Of a stretch of 24,368 nucleotides of DNA, positions 15,979 to 24,100 are shown one piece after another. A program made the position numbers and the translations under genes. Below the pieces are notes generated by a model, which saw only the letters and a list, made by a program, of their open reading frames with translations, made no database searches and was not told the origin of the DNA. The stretch is taken from positions 1 through 24,368 of IMG/VR virus record IMGVR_UViG_3300009161_000223; one strand, 5' to 3'. Position 1 is the stretch's first letter. The number at the start of each line of letters is the position of its first letter. The DNA is from a virus. Its lineage: Duplodnaviria > Caudoviricetes.

Positions 15979-17922
15979 TTAAAATGCTGTAATATCATTA
16001 ATTGCTCTAATTTCACCTGCTACTGCAGTTGCCGCAGTTCCAACTCCAATTGAATTAAATTGTACGTTTGCAGATGTGTGAATATCTTGTGGTGTCGAAA
16101 GAGTTACGTCTGCACTTTCTAATCCTGAACCTGCTACTGTAATTTGATTTGCAGTACCTGTAATTGTTTGAATGTAATTGCCAGTAGTATGTGTTCCTAA
16201 TGTTATTGCGTTTGAGGTTATTACTTGAGACGAACCCGATACAACTCCCGTTGGTAATAATGCAGGTATTTGTGCTGCTCCACTTACTATTCCAGATGGG
16301 ATAGAACTAATACTTGTATATGTAATTTGTGAAGAACCCGAAACTACTCCTGTTGGTAAGTTTTCAATTATTTGTGCAGAACCTGATATAGTTCCTGCTG
16401 GTACAGATGAAGAACTTATAAATCCTAATGTAGTTATTTGTGCAGAGCCTGATATAGTTCCTGCTGGTGCAGTTCCACTTGCTACAACTGTTAAATCAAA
16501 TGTTGAACCATTACCTTTAGTGAATGTTAATACATTTATATTTACACTAGCAGTTACTAATGAACTTGCAGTTACAGATGAACTTACAAATCCAAATGTA
16601 GTTATTTGTGCAGAACCACTTAATGTACCTGTTGGTAAGTTTTCGATTGTTTGTGCAGAACTACTCACTACACCCGTTGGTAATAATGTAATTACTTGTG
16701 TCGAACCACTTACTATACCTGCTGGAATAGAACTGATGTTTGCGTATGTAATCTGTGAAGAACCGGAAACAATTCCCGTTCCACCTAATACTTGTGTAGA
16801 ACCACTTACTGTACCCGTTGGTAATAATGTAATTACTTGTGTCGAAGCACTTACTATACCTGCTGGAATAGAACTAATACTTGTATATGTAATTTGTGAA
16901 GAACCGGAAACAATTCCCGTTCCACCTAATACTTGTGAAGAACCACTTACTATTCCTGAAGGTATTGATGAAATACTTGCGTATGTAATTTGTGTTGAAC
17001 CACTCACTACACCATTGTTTGCATTTATTGTTCCGTTAAATGATGTTGCAGTTGAAGAACCTATTGTTGTAATTGAACCACTAATTTTGACTGAACCTGT
17101 GAAGTCATGTACATCATTACCAAAATCTCCAAATCTATTAGAACCACTACTGAATATGACAGATGCCGTTTCATTTACGGTTGTCAAATTTACTACTGTT
17201 AAATTTTCAATAGATGTGTTATTCAATTGAGAACTACCACTTATAATACCTCTACCAGTTGTTTCATATCTTATATCATATGAAGATGTTAATTGTGATG
17301 AACCACTTACTACTCCCGTTGGTAATAATGGAGTTACTTGTACAGAACCACTAACTATACCTGCTGGAATAGAACTAATACTTGTATATGTAATTTGTGA
17401 AGAACCACTCACTACACCCGTTGGTAATAATGGAATAACTTGTGCAGAACCACTTACTATACCTGCTGGAATAGAACTAATACTTGTATATGTTATTTGT
17501 GACGAACCTGATACTACACCATTTGTTGCTGCTATTGCTCCTGATATAGATGTTGCATATACATTTCTATATACTTTAGATGTCGAACCTAAATCGTATG
17601 TATTAGTTGCATCAGGTATAATTGAAGAACTTAAATCTGCATTAAAAATAACACTATCATTTGTAGTATCACCAATTGTAATCGTTCCACCTAATACTAC
17701 ATTGCCCGATACATATAAGTTTGAAGCAGTAATATCTCCGGATGCAGATATTCCACCTTTCAAATATAATGAACCTGTATTTAGTTCATCTAATTTTGCT
17801 AAAGTAATTTCTCTATCACCTACCGCATATTGTAATGAGTCAGGACCTTTGTTTACATATAATTCACCATCCTCTAATGATACTGAACCTGAACCTCTTC
17901 TAATTTGAAATATAGCTGCCAT
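15979..17922 (-). CDS. Tail fibre protein, Ser/Gly-rich repeats, ending at an apparently premature TAA
   Basis: 647 aa: N-terminal IFQIRRGSG...LEDGELYVN and many VSGSxQ repeats. Ends GEIRAINDITAF*, which aligns with GRIDASGDVVAY just before the S74 domain of the 654-aa paralogue. Confidence 0.85.
   Translation of the reverse strand: MAAIFQIRRGSGSVSLEDGELYVNKGPDSLQYAVGDREITLAKLDELNTGSLYLKGGISASGDITASNLYVSGNVVLGGTITIGDTTNDSVIFNADLSSSIIPDATNTYDLGSTSKVYRNVYATSISGAIAATNGVVSGSSQITYTSISSIPAGIVSGSAQVIPLLPTGVVSGSSQITYTSISSIPAGIVSGSVQVTPLLPTGVVSGSSQLTSSYDIRYETTGRGIISGSSQLNNTSIENLTVVNLTTVNETASVIFSSGSNRFGDFGNDVHDFTGSVKISGSITTIGSSTATSFNGTINANNGVVSGSTQITYASISSIPSGIVSGSSQVLGGTGIVSGSSQITYTSISSIPAGIVSASTQVITLLPTGTVSGSTQVLGGTGIVSGSSQITYANISSIPAGIVSGSTQVITLLPTGVVSSSAQTIENLPTGTLSGSAQITTFGFVSSSVTASSLVTASVNINVLTFTKGNGSTFDLTVVASGTAPAGTISGSAQITTLGFISSSSVPAGTISGSAQIIENLPTGVVSGSSQITYTSISSIPSGIVSGAAQIPALLPTGVVSGSSQVITSNAITLGTHTTGNYIQTITGTANQITVAGSGLESADVTLSTPQDIHTSANVQFNSIGVGTAATAVAGEIRAINDITAF
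16672..16951 (-). repeat. Near-identical 141-bp tandem duplication (47 aa) in a fibre gene
   Basis: acccgttggtaataatgtaattacttgtgtcgaa...accacttact at 16672-16810 and 16813-16951, with a handful of mismatches. Confidence 0.9.
17315..17508 (-). repeat. 102-bp tandem duplication (34 aa) in a fibre gene
   Basis: cccgttggtaataatgga... begins at 17315 and again at 17417; both copies encode QITYTSISSIPAGIVSGSxQVxPLLPTG. Confidence 0.85.
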
Positions 17923-17941
17923 TTAATTCTTTTATGTTTCT

Positions 17942-17950
17942 TATAAATAT
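17942..17950 (-). promoter_or_regulatory. Putative late promoter ATATTTATA
   Basis: 19 nt upstream of the ATG at 17922. Confidence 0.7.
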
Positions 17951-17971
17951 AGTAATATCTTTTTTCTTTTA

Positions 17972-20410
17972 TTATAGTCCGCCTGCAGTCAATCTCTCTT
18001 TCAATGTGTCGTTTTCTGCTTTTAATTCTTGGATTGCTTTAACTAAATATAAACTTAAATTGGATAAATTTGTATCATAGTAATCAATATCATCTCTTTT
18101 AATTGTGCCCACCATATCAGGGAATACTTCCATTAATTCTTGTGCTATAAATCCTGATATTCTTCTTTCTCTTGTTGCTTCGTCAAAACCAGATAATTCA
18201 TTGTAGTTATATGTTACAGGTCTAATTGCACAAATCTTATCCAATACATTAGTTACTACCAAATCAGTAATATTTTCTTTTAACCTTGAGTCTGACCAGT
18301 TTGTCCAAGCAGTATAACCATTTGCACCCGGTTGGCCATTCAGGTTTAGTTTATATCCAAAGTCAGTTGCAGTACCAATAGAAGTATTTCCACCAGAATT
18401 TGATTGTAATCTTAATACATTTGCATCTATATTTAACATTGCAAAAGTATTAGCTGCATCATTTACTGCACTTATACCTGCTTGGCCACCTTCTTGTGAT
18501 ATTCTTATATTTTGATTAGTAGCAGTTTTAACAGTCAAATTGCCTGTTGGGTTATTTGTATTAATTCCGACTTTGCCATCCGTTGCTAAATATAATTGAT
18601 AATCTGTTCCACTTGCTCTTATTTCTAAAGGATTATAAGCTGATATTGCACTATTTAATCCTACTACGGAAGCATATGTTGCATTATCTGTTATAAAAAT
18701 ACCTTTGTTATTAGTTCCGTTTACATATGCAGAACCAGATACTCCAAATTTATAGTTTGCAGATGTTGCCAATCTATTAACACTTACATTACTACTAAAT
18801 GTAGCTGGGCCAGTTACTATAAATTTATCTGAAGTTATTGTTGCAGTTGTTGTATCGTTACTTTGTCCATCAAGTACAATAGAGGCATTACCATATGCAC
18901 CATTACTTTCTAATCTTAATTGTCTTGCAGCACCATTTGATGAAATTCTTTGGAAATAAGTTCCACTAAAATATCTTTCCCAAATTGTTCTTGTATCACT
19001 CTCCCATGGCATGTTTATAAAAGAACCATTAGCAAATTCTAAACTACCACTCATTGTTTGATTACCTGTTGTTGTAATTGAACCACTAATTTTGACTGAA
19101 CCTGTAAAACTATGTATATCATCACCAAAATCTCCAAACCTATTAGAACCACTACTAAATAAAACACTTGCAGTTTCATTAACTGTTGTTAAGTTTGTAA
19201 TAGTTAAATTTGTAATAGTTGCGTTTTCTAATTGTGCAGAAGAACTTATAATTCCGGTTCCACCTAAAACTTGTATTGAACCTGAAACTGTACCCGTTGG
19301 TAATAATGGAGTTACTTGTGATGAACCACTTACTATTCCTGCTGGTATAGAAGAAATACTTGCGTAAGTGATTTGAGATGAACCACTAACTATACCTCTG
19401 CCTTTTGTTTCGTAACTTCCTGTTACAGATTCTATTGTTGTTAATCTTGTGCTTTGTGCAGTATTAGTAGTATCGTTTGAACCCGTATAAGTGTTTAAAG
19501 AGTTTAATATACTAACTACTTGTGACGAACCTGATACTACTCCCGTTGGTAATGCTCCTGCAATTGAAGATGTTGCAACTGCGTATGATACTCCACTACC
19601 ATTACCTACCCAAGTATATCCTTGTTGTAAAGATGATGTGAATGTTGTATTTGTATAAAAACTTTGTGAACTAATACTACCAACATATCTATCGTCTACT
19701 ACAAAATCAATAGAACGTGATGTTGGATATATAACAGTTGTATCTCCTAAATTAGATAATCCACCAACAAAGTGAATTGGACTTCCAACTGTTTCTACAT
19801 CTCCAAAATTAAGATTATATCCTAAACTTGCACTATTGAAATCTCCAAAAGTTGGGTCATCAACATTAAAGTCAAATGCGTTAGGGAATACATATGTTCC
19901 TTGTGCTCCACCTGCTGCAAGGTCTGTTCCATTTAAATATAATGAACCGGTTACATTAACTGAACCTGTGAATTGATGTGTATCGTCTAATGTATTACCA
20001 AATCTAGAACTACCACTTTCGAAAAGGACAGATGAAGAAATTACTGAAATATTGAATTGTCTTGCATTAACTGCTCCTAATATAGTTAAGTCGTTTGTTA
20101 CTAATGCCGACCCACTCATTATTGTTTCACCGTGATTGACAGTAAGTGTATCGTTTACTTTTAGAGAACCAAATGAAGCGGTTAGGGTTGTTCTTATTGA
20201 CTCTGCTGTCAATGCTCCTGTAATAGTTATGGAGCCTGTGTTTGTTACATTTGTTGTTATTACTTCTTGGACTGTATCTGTCGAACCTGAACGTCTAAAA
20301 AATATCTTACCATCGTAAGTATTTAATGCTAATTCTCCTAAATTAAGGGAACCCGTACCAGGTACCTTACCCGATAACGCAGAGCGTTTGAGTTGAACAG
20401 TTTGTGCCAT
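17972..20410 (-). CDS. Tail fibre protein with a C-terminal peptidase S74 chaperone
   Basis: 812 aa: N-terminal VQLKRSALSGKVP...LGELALNTYDGKIF, VSGSSQ repeats, GKVGINTNNP, then WSDSRLKENI...GFIAQELMEVFP...LVKAIQELKAEN. Confidence 0.9.
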   Translation of the reverse strand: MAQTVQLKRSALSGKVPGTGSLNLGELALNTYDGKIFFRRSGSTDTVQEVITTNVTNTGSITITGALTAESIRTTLTASFGSLKVNDTLTVNHGETIMSGSALVTNDLTILGAVNARQFNISVISSSVLFESGSSRFGNTLDDTHQFTGSVNVTGSLYLNGTDLAAGGAQGTYVFPNAFDFNVDDPTFGDFNSASLGYNLNFGDVETVGSPIHFVGGLSNLGDTTVIYPTSRSIDFVVDDRYVGSISSQSFYTNTTFTSSLQQGYTWVGNGSGVSYAVATSSIAGALPTGVVSGSSQVVSILNSLNTYTGSNDTTNTAQSTRLTTIESVTGSYETKGRGIVSGSSQITYASISSIPAGIVSGSSQVTPLLPTGTVSGSIQVLGGTGIISSSAQLENATITNLTITNLTTVNETASVLFSSGSNRFGDFGDDIHSFTGSVKISGSITTTGNQTMSGSLEFANGSFINMPWESDTRTIWERYFSGTYFQRISSNGAARQLRLESNGAYGNASIVLDGQSNDTTTATITSDKFIVTGPATFSSNVSVNRLATSANYKFGVSGSAYVNGTNNKGIFITDNATYASVVGLNSAISAYNPLEIRASGTDYQLYLATDGKVGINTNNPTGNLTVKTATNQNIRISQEGGQAGISAVNDAANTFAMLNIDANVLRLQSNSGGNTSIGTATDFGYKLNLNGQPGANGYTAWTNWSDSRLKENITDLVVTNVLDKICAIRPVTYNYNELSGFDEATRERRISGFIAQELMEVFPDMVGTIKRDDIDYYDTNLSNLSLYLVKAIQELKAENDTLKERLTAGGL

Positions 20411-20460
20411 TTGGCTAAGTCTTTAAAGTTATCTAACAAAAATGTAGTATATACTACGAA

Positions 20461-20469
20461 CATAAATAT
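20461..20469 (-). promoter_or_regulatory. Putative late promoter variant ATATTTATG
   Basis: One mismatch; just after the terminator and 50 nt upstream of the ATG at 20410. Confidence 0.6.
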
Positions 20470-20474
20470 AATAT

Positions 20475-20504
20475 AAAAAGAAAAACCCCTACTATGAGGG
20501 GTTT
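20475..20504 (-). terminator. Rho-independent terminator after the 182-aa gene
   Basis: 8-bp stem AAACCCCT (20483-20490) / AGGGGTTT (20497-20504), 6-nt loop, then TTCTTTTT on the minus strand. Confidence 0.8.
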
Positions 20505-20525
20505 CTATTATAATTTTATTTACTA

Positions 20526-21074
20526 TTAAAGTTCTCCTGCATCTGGACCGAATGATGCTGAAAATTCTAAATTGAATAATCTTGTTGCTACTGAACCACT
20601 AAATGCTAATACATCACCGATTCCGTAAAGAGAACCACTAAATCCTTGTGCAGTTGTGATAGTTGCGATTGTTACATCGTTATATCTAAAATCAACTGAA
20701 CTTGTTGTAGTTGCTACTTTGTAAAGAGAACCACTACCTTGAATATATCCGATTGTTCCTGCAAATGGGTCAGAATTAAAATCAAAATCATCTGGTCTCA
20801 TTGATGCGGTTACACCTGTCAATGCTCCACCATAACCTGCAAAGGCTGATGCGGTTACTGCTCCACTAAGATTGATTGAACCTGTTGTGTTTGCTCCGGT
20901 AACTACGATTTCTACTACCTCATCGGTTGAACCTGATTTGTGTAAAAATGCTTTACCATCATAGGTATTTAATGCTATTTCACCTACTTGTAACGTTCCG
21001 GTTGTTGGTTTTGAACCTGCGACACCCGAGCGTTTTAATAAAATTGATGAAGTTGGTTGATTAGGTAATGCCAT
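20526..21074 (-). CDS. Short fibre-associated (adaptor-like) protein
   Basis: 182 aa. N-terminus ILLKRSGVAGSKPTTGTLQVGEIALNTYDGKAFLHKSGSTDEVVEIV is clearly paralogous to the N-terminus of 17972..20410; ends PDAGEL. Confidence 0.8.
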   Translation of the reverse strand: MALPNQPTSSILLKRSGVAGSKPTTGTLQVGEIALNTYDGKAFLHKSGSTDEVVEIVVTGANTTGSINLSGAVTASAFAGYGGALTGVTASMRPDDFDFNSDPFAGTIGYIQGSGSLYKVATTTSSVDFRYNDVTIATITTAQGFSGSLYGIGDVLAFSGSVATRLFNLEFSASFGPDAGEL

Positions 21075-21106
21075 AATATATTTTTATTTATTCTTTCTTT
21101 TTGTTA

Positions 21107-24100
21107 TTAATATGTTCCTCCGTCTATTGTTGTGAATGAAGTTGCTATTGAACTACTAAATGTACTAAATCCGGTAGTTGCTGTTATATTAACTTGTATT
21201 GAACCACTTACTACTGTTTCTGTATTTAATTTAGTTTTAACTCTTGCATCTGTATAGTAAAGGTTTGTTCCTTCTGCTACATCCGTAGTATTAAATCCTG
21301 TGAAGTCCGCATCGTTTAATACAATTTGTGAAGAACCACTTACTAATCCTGCAGGTTTACCAACTATATTTGCAAAAGTTGGAGCTCCCGCTGCAACCGA
21401 TGCACTTATTGATGTTGCAATTGAACTACTAAATGTTGTATAGTTAGTTGTTGAAGTAATATCAACTTGTGACGAACCACTTACTATTCCTGCTGGGATA
21501 GAAGAGATACTTGTATAAGTTATTTGAGAACTACCACTTACTGTACCTGTTGGTAATAATGATATTACTTGTGATGAACCACTTACTACCGAATCTCCAT
21601 TTTGTCTTAATAATTTACTTTCAGCTCCCAATGCTCCTGCTTTCCAGTAATCATTAGTTACATCCCAAAGTAAAGAACCAGATGTTGTTGAACCACCCGT
21701 TGCGTCTCTTACAACTAAACCACCATCAGATGTTCCAGCTGCATTTAATACTAATATATTATCTGCTAAGTTAATTGTGGTTGAGTCAACAACTGTTTGA
21801 GTACCTTGTACAAACAAATTACCTTTAATAGTTGTATCACCATTGAATGTTACATTGACACCACTTGCAGTAAATGCTGCAACTAATGATGAAGTATAGT
21901 TTCCTAAAGTTGTATTTTTACTTTCTTGTGAGGAAGTAAATGAATTTAAATTAGTTACTGAAATATTTACACTCGCTGATGTGCTTTCTAAATTTGTTAA
22001 TCTAGTTAAGTTTGAACCACTAACTACATTTAATGCATCTATACTAATTTGTTGAGAAGCAGAAGATGTATTTAGAGCCGATACTGAATTATTTACACTT
22101 GCGGATGTGCTTTCTAAGTTAGTTAATCTAGTTAAGTTTGAAGCACTTACCGTATTTAAAGATGATACTGAATTATTTACACTTGCCGAAGTTGCTTCTA
22201 AGTTTGTTAATCTACCTAAGTTTGAAGCACTTACCGTATTTAAAGCCGCAACTGAATTATTTAAACTTGCAGTTGTTGTGTTTATATTTGAAATCGAAAT
22301 ATTTACACTTGCTGATGTACTTTCTAAGTTTGTTAATCTACCTAAGTTTGAAGCACTTACCGTATTTAAAGATGATACTGAATTGTTTAAACTTGCAGTT
22401 GTACTTTCTAAGTTTGTTAATCTTCCGTCTGCAGATGCTGTAAATGCGTTTAAGGCAGTAGTTGAAGTATTTGAACTTGTATAACTATTTAAAGCATCTA
22501 TACTAATTTGTTGAGATGCCGATGAGCTATTCAAAGCCAATACTGAATTATTAACACTTGCTGAAGTTGCTTCAATATTTGTTAATCTTCCTAAAGTAGA
22601 ACCACTAAATGTATTTAAAGATGCAGATGTAACATTTAAAGCGTCAATGCTAATTTGTTGAGAAGCAGTTGATGTATTTAAAGCCGTTACTGAATTATTT
22701 ACACTTGCCGAAGTTGTTTCTAAATTACTTAATCTACCATTTGCAGATGCTGTAAATGCGTTTAAAGCAGTTGTTGAAGTATTTGAAGAAGTATAACTAT
22801 TTAAAGCGTCAATGCTAATTTGTTGAGAAGCAGAAGAAGTATTTAATGCCGTTACTGAATTATTTACACTTGCCGAAGTTGCTTCTAAGTTTGTTAATCT
22901 TCCTAAGTTTGAAGCACTTACTACGTTTAATGCATCAATGCTAATTTGTTGAGAAGCAGTTGAACTATTTAATGCTGTTACTGAATTATTTACACTCGCT
23001 GATGTACTTTCTAAATTTGTTAATCTACCTAAAGTAGAACCACTAAATGTATTTAAAGATGCAGATGTTACATTCAATGCATCAATACTAATTTGTTGAG
23101 ATGCAGTTGAACTATTTAATGATGTTACTGAATTATTTACACTTGCTGATGTACTTTCGATATTTGTTAATCTGCCTAATGTAGAAGAACTGAATGAATT
23201 TAAGTTTGTTATTGAAACTCCAACACCAGAACCTACATTTGCAACAATTGATGCTAATGATGCCGATACCGAACCACTATAATCACCAAATCCAGTTGTT
23301 GAAGTAATTGTAATTTGAGATGAACCACTTACTACTGAATCACCCTCTGCTCTTAATAATTTAGATTCAGAATTTAATGCTCCGGCCTTCCAATAGTCGT
23401 TTGTAGAATCCCAAAGTAAAGAACCACTTACCGTATTAGGTGCAGTTGGGTCTTTAACTAATAAACCACCATTTGCAACACCTGTACCATTTAATTCAAT
23501 TATATTATCTCCTAATTGAATCGTAGTAGAGTTTACTGCGGTTGTTGTTCCTGCTACTGTTAAGTTACCTGCTACTGATAAGTTACCATTTGCAGTTAAG
23601 TTTACACCACTTGCAGTTAATGCTTGAAGTAATGATGAAGTAAATGAATTTAAAGATGCTGATGAAACATTTAAAGCTGCTACTGAAGTATTTACACTTG
23701 CAGAAGTTGCTTCTAAGTTACTTAATCTAGTTAAATTTGAACCACTTACAACATTTAAAGCATCAATGCTAATTTGTTGAGATGCGGTTGATGTGTTTAA
23801 AGAAGTTACTGAATTATTTACACTTGCTGAAGTTGCTTCTAAATTACTTAATCTTCCGTTTGCAGAAGCAGTAAATGCGTTTAAGGCAGTTGTTGAAGTG
23901 TTTGAAGAAGTATAACTATTTAATGCGTCAATACTTATTTGTTGAGATGCTGAAGATGTATTTAAAGCAGTTACTGAATTATTAACACTTGCACTAAATG
24001 TATTTAATGAAGTTAATATACCAACTACTTGAGAAGAACCTGAAACTACTGTCTCAGTATCTAATTTAGTTTTAACTCTAGCATCTGTATAGTATAGTCT

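Noticed and set aside
15979-15981. Genome-wide stop codon reassignment as the cause of the internal stop
   Set aside because: The internal stop is TAA, which terminates every other complete gene in the window, and those genes are intact under the standard code.
13664-20410. Diversity-generating retroelement or invertase shufflon acting on the fibres
   Set aside because: No reverse transcriptase or recombinase in the window, no inverted cassettes, and repeat differences are not confined to adenines.
1768-22484. Plus-strand ORFs in the track (for example 3699..4244, 10058..10414, 15150..15650, 16520..17230, 22107..22484)
   Set aside because: All are antisense shadows of long, well-supported minus-strand genes, explained by biased codon use, and have no recognisable motifs of their own.
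23075-23077. Track start codon for the 656-aa ORF
   Set aside because: It is an internal TTG (Leu) within a repeat; the frame stays open to the right edge.
21950-24010. Regularly spaced repeats that resemble a CRISPR array
   Set aside because: The period is a multiple of 3 inside an open frame, variation is largely synonymous or conservative, and there are no unique spacers or cas genes.
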